Virus record (IMG/VR): IMGVR_UViG_3300029145_000004
Location: 1 to 47,282 of that record
Origin: a virus
Lineage: Duplodnaviria > Caudoviricetes
Direction: 5' to 3' (one strand)
DNA length: 47,282 nucleotides
Shown piece by piece: positions 19,513 through 28,713 of this stretch. Numbering within the stretch: the first letter of the stretch is position 1; every line of letters starts with the position of its first letter. Position numbers and translations under genes: made by a program. The notes under the pieces are model-generated. The model saw only the letters and a program-made list of their open reading frames with translations, did no database searches and was not told the origin of the DNA.

Positions 19513-20269
19513 TGTTGTCGTCTCCTCTGTTATTGCTTCCTTGTGCTAATGCTTGTAATCCTCTATCTATTATAGGATAGTTCTTACGGCCTTTCCAACC
19601 AGCCTCTAGTTGATTTGCTCTAAGCGTATTAGCATAGAAGTCAGCTTTAGGATTGGAAGCTTGTTTCAACACCAAGAAGGCCGTGCTCTTAGCATCTTCT
19701 AGGAGAAGGTTAAACATATCTACAGGAAGAGTGGGGGTGAATGTACCATCGTCATCTGTCCAAGAAGGATAGACCTGTCCATAACCTTGTGTGTTAGCTG
19801 TAGCCAAGAAACTCTCTGTACCACTCGTGTATGAATCAAACACTACCCTACGTTCTTGGAATATAGTGTAGTAGGTGGGGTCTGCATCATTTATAATCTT
19901 TAATGTTATCCCTGAGCTATCTGTCTCAGCATCTACGTTAGCGTCTCCTGTATTACGAACATCCAATGTGTTCATAAACTTCTGAGGCTCTAGGTAGCTT
20001 GTAAGTGTTCCGTTATATTTAATGTATTTAAGTCTTGTCACTGTAGCAGGCAGAGTCATCTCCGTAGGAGTGTTAGCATCTGTCTCCACCACTTGAAACA
20101 TATTAAACAGGAAAGGCCATTCCCTGCTGTCAATTATCTTGAAATAGGTTTTCTTTATTATCTCTACTACTTGTCTACTTTCTTCTGTGTCTGTTATGGC
20201 ATCAACAGGATCTGAATCCATATCATTCAGAATGTCATCAACCATCTGAGCTACTGTCATTATAGCCAT
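19502..20269 (-). CDS. Tail tubular protein A / adaptor, paralog 1
   Basis: MVDDILNDMDSDPVDAITDTEESRQV N-terminus; alignable by eye to 18736..19512. Confidence 0.75.
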   Translation of the reverse strand: MAIMTVAQMVDDILNDMDSDPVDAITDTEESRQVVEIIKKTYFKIIDSREWPFLFNMFQVVETDANTPTEMTLPATVTRLKYIKYNGTLTSYLEPQKFMNTLDVRNTGDANVDAETDSSGITLKIINDADPTYYTIFQERRVVFDSYTSGTESFLATANTQGYGQVYPSWTDDDGTFTPTLPVDMFNLLLEDAKSTAFLVLKQASNPKADFYANTLRANQLEAGWKGRKNYPIIDRGLQALAQGSNNRGDDNNAS

Positions 20270-20278
20270 ATTCTTTCC

Positions 20279-20752
20279 TTATGATACATCTATAGTGAAG
20301 GTTATACCTAAGTTAACATTGTTAGTGGATGCTCCATTTGAAATCATCTCTATAGCTTGATCTGCCGTGATAGTGTTATTAGCTGTAGGAGTAGCACTAT
20401 CTATATCTCCTGCTGCACTACCGGATTGTGTAATAGTTATACCACCATTAGTTATAGGAGTACCACCAATCTCGAAGGACATAACACAATCAGCAGAAGC
20501 TATAGCACCACTTAATACAGTTTGTATTTTCGTTATGGTTCCTGCTATACCAGGTATAACCCATTGAGAAGAAGCTGTAGAAATGTTATTAAATCTGTAA
20601 TGTAGGAATATCTTATTAGAATTATTTATAGCTGTCCATGCTCCACTACCAGCACCATCAGCAATATATACCTCTCCCGAGTTAGCAGAGGCTACTCCCT
20701 TTGGTTCGTGTAAATCACTTCCTGTCAATGAAGAGTGTGCTACGTTTGCCAT
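20279..20752 (-). CDS. Virion structural protein (minor head/fibre)
   Basis: HSSLTGSDLHEPKG..GEVYIADGAGSGAW N-terminal motif; beta-rich. Confidence 0.6.
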   Translation of the reverse strand: MANVAHSSLTGSDLHEPKGVASANSGEVYIADGAGSGAWTAINNSNKIFLHYRFNNISTASSQWVIPGIAGTITKIQTVLSGAIASADCVMSFEIGGTPITNGGITITQSGSAAGDIDSATPTANNTITADQAIEMISNGASTNNVNLGITFTIDVS

Positions 20753-20763
20753 ACTTTCTCCTA

Positions 20764-20786
20764 AGAGGAGGGCTAAATGCCCTCCT
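20764..20786 (-). terminator. Stem-loop (putative intrinsic terminator/attenuator)
   Basis: ggagggc-5 nt-gccctcc stem, intergenic, short pyrimidine tail on -. Confidence 0.5.
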
Positions 20787-20790
20787 TTTG

Positions 20791-21180
20791 TTAAATTACA
20801 TCCATAACTACAAAGTTAATGACATCAGCAGCGTCATTAGCTGTAGAAGCATGGAGGTTAGTGACAGTTATATCAAAACTACCAGCAGCAACAGCACTTA
20901 CAAATACGAAAGGTGTACCTGCTCCACCTGAAGCATGAGACACCAACACAACAGACTTAGCCGTAACATAGCTGTTATTCACCGTGAAGGTAGCTTCAGC
21001 AGCCGCAGCTAAAGAAGCATCATCCGTAGTAATTTGGCCAGCAGTGGCGTTAAGAGTTACATCAGTTGTACGATTTGTTAGCTGTGTTACAGTAGCAGTT
21101 TCTCCAGGGACTGCTGTAAAGATTTTAGCCTCTAGCTCCAATCCTCGCATGTCCATAGACTTGCTATTAGGTAATGCCAT
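20791..21180 (-). CDS. Virion structural protein (beta-rich)
   Basis: T/A/V-rich; AGGAG RBS before MALPNSK. Confidence 0.65.
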   Translation of the reverse strand: MALPNSKSMDMRGLELEAKIFTAVPGETATVTQLTNRTTDVTLNATAGQITTDDASLAAAAEATFTVNNSYVTAKSVVLVSHASGGAGTPFVFVSAVAAGSFDITVTNLHASTANDAADVINFVVMDVI

Positions 21181-21196
21181 ATCTTTCTCCTTATTA

Positions 21197-21217
21197 GAGG
21201 GGAGCAATTAGCTCCCC
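21197..21217 (-). terminator. Stem-loop after the capsid/decoration genes
   Basis: aggggagc-5 nt-gctcccct perfect 8-bp stem. Confidence 0.55.
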
Positions 21218-21225
21218 TATGACAA

Positions 21226-21735
21226 TTATGCAGGCTGAGGATTAGGAAGGATGTATTCTACCAACACTTCAGCGCGACCTGTTAACAAATCATCTACAGA
21301 AGGTGTAACTACTAATTCACCAGCAGCAGAGCCAATCGTTTTATTAATCAGAGCAGCAGGAGTACCTGAGTTGCCTCGGATAATACTGTTAACAACAGCA
21401 ATGGTTGTTTGGGTTGCCTGAGCAGCCGTAATCAAGCCATCGTTGTCAATTTCCGTACCATCAGCTTGTTGTAGACCAATAGTTAGGTCTGTCGTAGTAG
21501 AGGTTGAAGTGAAAGCCGTTATAATGCGTAAACGAGCAGAGTAAATAGTAGAGTTTGCTGGAATAGACAAACCCATATTTGTAGTGTCTGCATCAGGGAG
21601 TTCATCATAATCGAACACCCATTTAGCTACTTTAACATTATCAAGGCTAGTATGGTTACTACCATATTTACCAGTAGTTTCACGTGCGCCATAGTTTTTA
21701 GTAACGCCACGAATCAGTTGTGTTTCTAATGCCAT
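21226..21735 (-). CDS. Capsid decoration/cement protein (putative)
   Basis: Directly after the major capsid gene; AGGAG RBS; jelly-roll-like beta pattern. Confidence 0.6.
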   Translation of the reverse strand: MALETQLIRGVTKNYGARETTGKYGSNHTSLDNVKVAKWVFDYDELPDADTTNMGLSIPANSTIYSARLRIITAFTSTSTTTDLTIGLQQADGTEIDNDGLITAAQATQTTIAVVNSIIRGNSGTPAALINKTIGSAAGELVVTPSVDDLLTGRAEVLVEYILPNPQPA

Positions 21736-21761
21736 GTTATTTCTCCTTAGTGTATATTAGC

Positions 21762-22751
21762 TTAAGAACGGTTTGTAGGATGAACCCAAATAACACCAAG
21801 GCTATCTGAACGTTGACCACCAAAACCGAAACGGCTAACAGCTTGGAATTTATCTTTACGCTCGTTATGCTCACGCCAACCTTCAACACCTGGTTGTTGT
21901 CTCCATGCATGCATAACAGGCTTGGTTTGATCGTCAGCAATGCTCATGAAGATACATGCTTTATCACCAATCTCAGCCGTGTCATTTGCCAAGCTGTAGG
22001 TAGAAGCGTTCAAGGCCTCCGTAGCAGTTTTAGCAGGAAGGCGGGTAGAAGTCCATACATCCCAGCCATAGACATTAGTAACAAATTTATGATTGCGAGA
22101 GAAACCAGTTTGTACCAAACCTTCAAACATTGGGTTGTTAGAAACATTAACTATGTTGGTAAGAGTACCAAGAGTTAAAGCAACTACAGGAGGAACAATA
22201 GCTACACGACCTTCAGCAGGTACATCTGCTTCATCAAAAGCAAACTGCATGTATGCCATATCTTCAAGAGTCATAACACGATTGGTTGCGCCAGATCCAC
22301 CAGCAACCCAGCGATGAGGAACACCATTGACCAAGTTAACATTAGCAACTGTTTGTATGCTATTCGCAGCCGTAGCTAAGAAACGAGTTTCGTGATGTTG
22401 AGCAAACGCACGAGTAGACTCCATAGCACGTTGACCCATCAAGGTGTCAATTTGGCTACCATCTAAGCGCAGGTCATCAGACACTGCCCATGCATCACCT
22501 ACATAATCAGCAATGGTTAATGTAACATTACCAGTGTCGATAGGGTTGAAAGTGAGAGGAACATCTTCTGCTGCTTCTTGAAGAGTTACATCACCAATGG
22601 TTTTAATGTTAAGAGTTGTGCCTTTCTGGAAGTCAGAGACATCACGCCAGAAGATTTCTGGAAGCAGAAAAGGCTCCAAGTTCTCAATGATAAACTGAGA
22701 ATATTGTTGGGCTTCAATGAAAGCCGTTGTATTACTTGTAAGTTGAGTCAT
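21762..22751 (-). CDS. Major capsid protein
   Basis: 329 aa after the scaffold; FIEAQQYS..GTTLNIKTIG..RFGFGGQR pattern. Confidence 0.85.
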   Translation of the reverse strand: MTQLTSNTTAFIEAQQYSQFIIENLEPFLLPEIFWRDVSDFQKGTTLNIKTIGDVTLQEAAEDVPLTFNPIDTGNVTLTIADYVGDAWAVSDDLRLDGSQIDTLMGQRAMESTRAFAQHHETRFLATAANSIQTVANVNLVNGVPHRWVAGGSGATNRVMTLEDMAYMQFAFDEADVPAEGRVAIVPPVVALTLGTLTNIVNVSNNPMFEGLVQTGFSRNHKFVTNVYGWDVWTSTRLPAKTATEALNASTYSLANDTAEIGDKACIFMSIADDQTKPVMHAWRQQPGVEGWREHNERKDKFQAVSRFGFGGQRSDSLGVIWVHPTNRS

Positions 22752-22756
22752 TTATA

Positions 22757-23506
22757 TTATCCTTGCAATTTTTGTTTAACAATTTCACCAGCTTTGCGCC
22801 ATCCCTCAGCCAACTCCTTAGAATTAGCATAAGTACTTACACGACAATTAAGCTGATCTGTTTTAGGTGCATTAGCACTCAAAGCTTGTGTATTAACACT
22901 TCCATCAATACTTGCGTATGCTGTTCTTTGTTTCTGAGCACCTACACCAGCCATCTTCAACACTGCTTGAGGTGATTTAGCTGCCATAGCATTTAATTCA
23001 TCAAAAGACAATCCAGTTTCCTTAGAGAGGTTTTCATACATACTAGCTGCTTTATCTCCATAAGTATTACCAAACTGTTCTTTAAATGCTTTTAAATTGT
23101 CAGAAGCAATTTGTTGCTTAGAACGCATATCAAGTTGACGATTTACTATCTCAGACAATACTTGCTCATTGACTTCAACTCCTTGGCTTGTGGGCTTCTG
23201 TTGGTCAGTCTCTCTGCTTCGTATTTCTTGTAAAACCTCTTCTGCTGATTTACGCTTACCTAGTTCAGCTTCTAACTCTGCAATTTTTTGTTGTTGAGTC
23301 TGAATGTGACTTTGAGCATTCGGAAATGCCTTATAAACTTCGTCTACAGAAGAATACTTCTTACCTGGCCCTACCCAATCAGCTAATTCTGGTGGAACAG
23401 CTGGTGCTTGTGGAACAGGATTTGATTCAGCAAGTGGTTGTGTTCCTGCTTGATTTTGTGGAGCATCTGCTCCTTGTCCGTTAAAAATGTTTTGTTCTTC
23501 ACTCAT
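22757..23506 (-). CDS. Scaffolding protein
   Basis: Q/A/E-rich coiled coil between portal and capsid; VGPGKKY motif. Confidence 0.75.
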   Translation of the reverse strand: MSEEQNIFNGQGADAPQNQAGTQPLAESNPVPQAPAVPPELADWVGPGKKYSSVDEVYKAFPNAQSHIQTQQQKIAELEAELGKRKSAEEVLQEIRSRETDQQKPTSQGVEVNEQVLSEIVNRQLDMRSKQQIASDNLKAFKEQFGNTYGDKAASMYENLSKETGLSFDELNAMAAKSPQAVLKMAGVGAQKQRTAYASIDGSVNTQALSANAPKTDQLNCRVSTYANSKELAEGWRKAGEIVKQKLQG

Positions 23507-23696
23507 TAGGAATAACCTTTAATAATTTTCTTAATCTTTTCTTACCACCCAGGTTAGAGGCTTGGTAATAAGGCCAAGCACTCTTAGAGAAGGCTTCAGA
23601 AGAAAGCTCCTCACGTTCAATTAGGTCTATTTCTTTCTGTATAAACTCTCTTATTTCACGTACAGCCTCCTCCTTTGTCTTTCCTTTAAAGTCCAA
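23499..23696 (-). CDS. Small protein between portal and scaffold
   Basis: AWPYYQA..GGKK motif; overlaps neighbours. Confidence 0.7.
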   Translation of the reverse strand: MDFKGKTKEEAVREIREFIQKEIDLIEREELSSEAFSKSAWPYYQASNLGGKKRLRKLLKVIPNE

Positions 23697-25455
23697 GATT
23701 TTCCTCCACAGGAGCAGTGGCTTCTGTCTCTAAGTCTATCTGTCCTTGTTGAACTAAACTCTGTGTTTCTTTATCTTCTATAACACCTATGTTCTCTCTA
23801 AACAGCTTATACTTCTCTAGTCCCATAACTTCTTCAAGCATAGTGAACATAGCTACTCTAGATGTATGGTTGTTAAGCATAGCTGCTATAGGACTACTAA
23901 ATATACCATTCAGGTTCTGTATTAGCTGTGCTCTAGCAGCAAAGTGTCTAGCACCCATGGGTCTAATCTTACCTTTAGCCGTTATATCTTCTTTAGTGAT
24001 TGTTATGAAGTCTTCTACACCAAAGTCTTCATCTAGAATACGAACAGTGTCTGTAACATCTATATTACGTCTACCGCTCTCTAGGAACAGGTTCATAACT
24101 GGTTCTAGAAGATGTACTTCAAACTTACGTGTTTTACTATTAAAGATACGACCTGCATTATTCTCTAATGTTTGTACTTCAAAAGCTGTTTTCTCTCCTG
24201 GAGTACGAATACCCATAGCTTGCTTAGGAGCACCTGCCATTTCTTCCATTAGGTTAAGTAAATAGGCTATTTCGTTATTTACTTGGAAAGCAGCAGGATT
24301 AGGAGGCATAGGAACTACATCACCATCTTCTGGTATATGTATATCCGCATTAGGTGCCCATTCAAAGGGCTGTACCTCACCTATAATCTTTCTAGGAGGA
24401 CGGATAGTGAAGTCCATTGCATCAGCTTTAAGGTTTTCTAGATGATCTAGTCTATATTGCATACCAACTAAATTATCTAATGGTCCCATAGCCCACAGGT
24501 TATCAGGTCTATCCCTCCAGCCTACATGTACCTTATTACTTCTACCTAACCAATTAGGATTGTCTACAACCCTTAATATCTTATCTCCATCAGCTATGGT
24601 GATTAACTTATTCTCGTGTAGAACATCCTTGTGGCTATCATACCAGGTTCCTTCAAACTCTAAGAGTTCTACTAACCCACTACCTAGATATTCAGAGAGT
24701 GTACCAAACCCGTCAGCTATATAGCCCTCAGCTTTATCTATATCTTCCATCTTGAAGACAGAGATTTGTCTACGAGTATCTACAATGTTGTTTACTACTT
24801 CTTCATCAAACTCGAGGTCTGGCCTTTCTTTTATTTCTTTCTTTAGCTCACCGATTGACTTCAGATATCTAGTGAACTTAGGAGCCTTGTCATATGAAGG
24901 AGCAGTAGGATCGAATACATGATCGTAAGGTGATATACGTCTAACTTTAGGACCAATGTATGTAGCTTCCTCGTCACCCGTAACAGCATCATTATGTTTC
25001 TCCTCTACCCAAATAACTTCTGCAAAGGCATTTCCATAATCAATGTAGTCATATATCAAGTCAGACATAACATTAATTATACCTGAAGAGATGGCTTTAT
25101 TTTTTGTGTAGGCTTCTATAGCCTTACGTTTTCCTTTCTCTGTGGCATTACTATCATCACCAACCCACACTAACCAATCTTCATTAGGGAAGAGAGCATC
25201 CATGTAGTTAGCATGAAGGTTATCTCTAATCTGTGCTAGTTTAGGGATAGTGGTTTTATTATTCCAGGGAAGTGTACTATTTGTAGTTGTAGACGTATCC
25301 GTAGCAAAGATGTATTTATAGAGTTCTTTCCACTCCTGTATCTTCTGAAACTTCTGTATACGCCATCTATCATACACCTGAGACAGTTCTCTAGCTAAGG
25401 AGTCAGATCCTTTAGCGTCTATAATACTCTGTAGTTCTACCACCTTCTCAGTCAT
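23686..25455 (-). CDS. Portal protein
   Basis: ~590 aa after TerL; LPWNNKTTIPKL, RPDNLWAMGPLDNLVGMQYRLDHLEN, GIRTPGEKTAFEV. Confidence 0.9.
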   Translation of the reverse strand: MTEKVVELQSIIDAKGSDSLARELSQVYDRWRIQKFQKIQEWKELYKYIFATDTSTTTNSTLPWNNKTTIPKLAQIRDNLHANYMDALFPNEDWLVWVGDDSNATEKGKRKAIEAYTKNKAISSGIINVMSDLIYDYIDYGNAFAEVIWVEEKHNDAVTGDEEATYIGPKVRRISPYDHVFDPTAPSYDKAPKFTRYLKSIGELKKEIKERPDLEFDEEVVNNIVDTRRQISVFKMEDIDKAEGYIADGFGTLSEYLGSGLVELLEFEGTWYDSHKDVLHENKLITIADGDKILRVVDNPNWLGRSNKVHVGWRDRPDNLWAMGPLDNLVGMQYRLDHLENLKADAMDFTIRPPRKIIGEVQPFEWAPNADIHIPEDGDVVPMPPNPAAFQVNNEIAYLLNLMEEMAGAPKQAMGIRTPGEKTAFEVQTLENNAGRIFNSKTRKFEVHLLEPVMNLFLESGRRNIDVTDTVRILDEDFGVEDFITITKEDITAKGKIRPMGARHFAARAQLIQNLNGIFSSPIAAMLNNHTSRVAMFTMLEEVMGLEKYKLFRENIGVIEDKETQSLVQQGQIDLETEATAPVEENLGL

Positions 25456-27005
25456 ATACAACCCCCGAATCTACTGTGATAGAGTACATTACTCACTTTA
25501 GGTTTATCCTGCATATAAGTCCTTATTGGAGCCTTAGCTATAGTTATAGCATTAGCTAGTGCATCTTTAATATCATCATGTGGAGGACGTGCCATAATTA
25601 GTTCTTCTTCTAAGCTCTGGCAATTACCTCCTTTATAATGCCAAATACTCTGGTTACTATACCTAGGCTCTAGCACTGCATTAATCCGTTCTTCCTTAGC
25701 ACCTTCGGTTCTAGTAGGTCTATACTCATCTATAGAGAGAGGTATACCATTTCTCTTAATGTAGTCGTTTCTTAAACTCTCTACTATTACTTTCTGTGCT
25801 ACAGACACCTCAGCTCTAATCTTTCTAAACCCCCACTTAGAGAAGGCTGCTAATATGTGATCATAATAGACAGACATCTTAGTTGTCTTAAACCTGTCTA
25901 TCTCTAGGACGTAGTAGTTATGTTCACTATCTATTCCAACAATTACTAGAGCAGTGTAATCAGCTTTAGATGAAAGAGAGTAGGCAAAATCGATTGCTGC
26001 ATAAACCTTTAGCTTCCTTCCCATGAAGGTCCAGTCACCCATATCATTCTGCTCTAGATTTCTCCTCTCGTAATATTGAAAGGAACTTCTGTCAACAGCA
26101 CTCTCACCACTAGCGTTAGGGTTATTGTAATACTGAGCATAAAACTGCAGCATGTTAAGAGAATATTGTGCTTTCTTCCTAGCTAGAATATTCTGATCAA
26201 AACCAAACCACTTACCATCATATCTCTGTTGACGAGGCCAGAGGTATTCTCCAGTACCATCACCAACATCTTCAACTTGCCTTTCAAATACTTCATACAG
26301 TTCTTCTTCAGAAAGAAGCTCTCCTTCTTTCCCAAAGAATTCCACTTTCATGCCCTGTAGATCTTGGTATAAATCATTAGGATCATAACGAGTTCCTACA
26401 ATCCACTCTCTAGCTTCAGCACCCTCAATGGAGGAGAGAAGTGAATATTGTCCTCTCACCTTCTCTCGGCCCTCATTGGTGTATGCATTTTCCTTGACAA
26501 CAACGTCATCAAGTACAGCTATATCACAGTGCATACCAGTGATACCAGTTGTGAGACCAGCCGTGAATATTGACGGATCTCGAATAGCTTCTTTCTCTCT
26601 AAGAGGATGATCAACAGCTATCTCATTCTCTGTCCATTTCTTCCGCTTACCTTCTTCTTCATTAACCATCTCAGGCCAATACTTTCTATACTTCTTACTA
26701 GTGAGAATGTCCTTAATAAAGGACAGCTGTTTAATCGCTAGATTTGCTGTAGAGGATATGTACAGTACACGTAGTGTAGGATCTCTTGTAAGTTCCCAAG
26801 CCACTCTATATGCCACCATAGCGCTCTTAGCATGATCTCGTGGAAGGAGAACTAGTTGATGGCTCTTACCATCTGGTCTACACCACCATTCTATAAGCTC
26901 TTCATGAATAGCACCTAACAATCTTTGAGGATGCACTAGCTTTATGAAACTCACTAAGCTGTTCTCTGCTTCCTCTCTGATAAGTTGTATGTTAGTTTTG
27001 CTCAT
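25452..27005 (-). CDS. terL: Terminase large subunit
   Basis: LLPRDHAKS Walker A variant, IAVLDDVV Walker B, IVGTRY, AAIDFA..ADYTA and HDDIKDA nuclease motifs. Confidence 0.92.
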   Translation of the reverse strand: MSKTNIQLIREEAENSLVSFIKLVHPQRLLGAIHEELIEWWCRPDGKSHQLVLLPRDHAKSAMVAYRVAWELTRDPTLRVLYISSTANLAIKQLSFIKDILTSKKYRKYWPEMVNEEEGKRKKWTENEIAVDHPLREKEAIRDPSIFTAGLTTGITGMHCDIAVLDDVVVKENAYTNEGREKVRGQYSLLSSIEGAEAREWIVGTRYDPNDLYQDLQGMKVEFFGKEGELLSEEELYEVFERQVEDVGDGTGEYLWPRQQRYDGKWFGFDQNILARKKAQYSLNMLQFYAQYYNNPNASGESAVDRSSFQYYERRNLEQNDMGDWTFMGRKLKVYAAIDFAYSLSSKADYTALVIVGIDSEHNYYVLEIDRFKTTKMSVYYDHILAAFSKWGFRKIRAEVSVAQKVIVESLRNDYIKRNGIPLSIDEYRPTRTEGAKEERINAVLEPRYSNQSIWHYKGGNCQSLEEELIMARPPHDDIKDALANAITIAKAPIRTYMQDKPKVSNVLYHSRFGGCI

Positions 27006-27459
27006 ATATTTTTTGTTCTTGTTCTATCCATTCCTTAGCTATATTACTTTCTAATATTCCTTCTGAGCCTTTTCTAGCGAGTTCTTGAACCTCTGCTCTA
27101 TATCTTGCAATTGCAGAAGCAAGCTCTTCTCTTTCAAAACAGGCTTCTCCAGGATTTCTGGAGGACTTGGGAACGGAGGGCATGAGACTGGGGATATTGT
27201 TTCGCAACCGCTTAATAGTATTATTAAGGCCGCTAAGCTCCACTTGATATTTTTCATTTAAGTATTCTTCCGTCTTCTTACTATTTAACTTAAGTAGTTC
27301 TATCTTTTGTTTCTGTACAGCAGAAAGTGCTTTAGCTGTTTCCTTATAGTCTTCTAGCTTATCCATCTTTATTTTACCAAAGAAGATGGTAATACCACAT
27401 CCCACTATAACCAGAAGAAGAGCAGCTATTATATAGTCTTTAATCTGTAGGCTTATCAT
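26992..27459 (-). CDS. Inner-membrane spanin (Rz-like)
   Basis: N-terminal TM helix plus coiled coil; follows the holin; contains a nested lipoprotein gene. Confidence 0.8.
   Translation of the reverse strand: MISLQIKDYIIAALLLVIVGCGITIFFGKIKMDKLEDYKETAKALSAVQKQKIELLKLNSKKTEEYLNEKYQVELSGLNNTIKRLRNNIPSLMPSVPKSSRNPGEACFEREELASAIARYRAEVQELARKGSEGILESNIAKEWIEQEQKIYEQN
27051..27257 (-). CDS. Outer-membrane spanin lipoprotein (Rz1-like), fully nested in the i-spanin
   Basis: Signal peptide with lipobox LSGC, then Pro-rich CPPFPSPP. Confidence 0.8.
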   Translation of the reverse strand: MKNIKWSLAALIILLSGCETISPVSCPPFPSPPEILEKPVLKEKSLLLQLQDIEQRFKNSLEKAQKEY

Positions 27460-27703
27460 TATGTCTGGATTCCCAGTACATCTTAAATGTACTTCTAGTT
27501 AATATTGTCAGAGGAGCAAATATAGCAGTAATTACTGCTGCTACATGTATCAAATGGTCAGGAGAGGCCTCTAGAGCCTCTGTAGCGTATTTAAATGCCC
27601 AGTGGGTAGTGATACCTATCATATAGATGTTTAAGAGCACTACGAGCTTTCTGAAGGGCTGTACAATGCCAAACAGAGTTTCTTGTCTCATTAGCCGAAC
27701 CAA
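27440..27703 (-). CDS. Holin (two TM helices)
   Basis: Two hydrophobic helices; between endolysin and spanins. Confidence 0.65.
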   Translation of the reverse strand: MVRLMRQETLFGIVQPFRKLVVLLNIYMIGITTHWAFKYATEALEASPDHLIHVAAVITAIFAPLTILTRSTFKMYWESRHNDKPTD

Positions 27704-28050
27704 CGTACTTTTTCGTCTCTGATGTCTACGTGAGTGAAGGTATCATAGCTACCTAATCCACCAGACCAATGCTTCAAGTATTCCTGTACTTCTTTAGGAG
27801 ACATACCATCTACCACTATATCAGCAGCCATACCTAGAATGTGGAAGCTGTTGGGTGATCCACCAATCCTAGCATTATGTTGTATTGATCTATATCCAGA
27901 GGTTACACGAATAGGCTTGCCTAGAAGATCTCTTAATAGTTGAAGTCTATTAGCTACGTTACGTAGATTACGTACTACCTCTACAGAAGGAGGTATAGTG
28001 TCTCCAAGAGAGAGGAACTCATCTAATATGAAGTTCTGTGTTAATTTCAT
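27691..28050 (-). CDS. Endolysin, peptidase M15A family
   Basis: TSGYRS..HN..GG...SFH..GMAADI...HVDIR zinc-peptidase motifs. Confidence 0.88.
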   Translation of the reverse strand: MKLTQNFILDEFLSLGDTIPPSVEVVRNLRNVANRLQLLRDLLGKPIRVTSGYRSIQHNARIGGSPNSFHILGMAADIVVDGMSPKEVQEYLKHWSGGLGSYDTFTHVDIRDEKVRWFG

Positions 28051-28445
28051 TTCTTTTCCTTAGCTTGTTTCCTAGCTCTATTCACTCTCTCTACTCTACG
28101 CTTCTGTACATTCCTAGCGTTCTTCTGTCTTTCTGCTCTATTTACTTTTTGCTCCGCCTCGAATTTAGCAGAGCCTATTTTTTTACCTATACCCGTCTTA
28201 CTTTCAATAGCTTTTCCTGCTGCAAACCCTAACCCAAAAGCCCCGCCTACTCCACCAGCTACTCTAGCTGCTAATCGACCAGCCACAGGAGCAGCTCTAC
28301 TTATCGCTGCTAGGACCCCTTCTGCCCCTGCCGCAGCAGCGGCTTTCTTAGGATTATTACGAACCTTATCTGTAGCTTTCTTAATAGACTTACCTGCTTT
28401 AGTAGCTAGTTGATCTCTTTTCTTCTTAAGTTTTCCTAGTGGCAC
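28047..28445 (-). CDS. Highly basic Lys/Ala/Gly-rich protein
   Basis: Basic termini around a Gly/Ala hydrophobic core; AGGAG RBS. Confidence 0.65.
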   Translation of the reverse strand: MPLGKLKKKRDQLATKAGKSIKKATDKVRNNPKKAAAAAGAEGVLAAISRAAPVAGRLAARVAGGVGGAFGLGFAAGKAIESKTGIGKKIGSAKFEAEQKVNRAERQKNARNVQKRRVERVNRARKQAKEKK

Positions 28446-28713
28446 TTTTAGCTCTCCTTTTCATCCTATTAGCTTCTTTATTAGCATTAGCTTTACGAGA
28501 AACTACCCTTAAATTACTCTTGTCGTTAGAGCCTCCATTAACCAACTCTTTCTTGTGGTCCACCACCCTAGGATCTCCAGCTTTTAATCCCATCTTCCTA
28601 CGCGCTCTATTCCTAGCTGCTCTAGCTTTCTTCCTAGTGGGTTTCTCTGCTAAACGTTCCTTAACAAAGTCACGCTTTCCATTTGTCATCATCGGCATTA
28701 GGTGATACCCCAC
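28426..28713 (-). CDS. Small basic HNH-motif protein
   Basis: VVDHKKELVNGGSNDKSNLRVVSRKAN; real start probably at an internal ATG near 28695. Confidence 0.7.
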   Translation of the reverse strand: MGYHLMPMMTNGKRDFVKERLAEKPTRKKARAARNRARRKMGLKAGDPRVVDHKKELVNGGSNDKSNLRVVSRKANANKEANRMKRRAKSATRKT

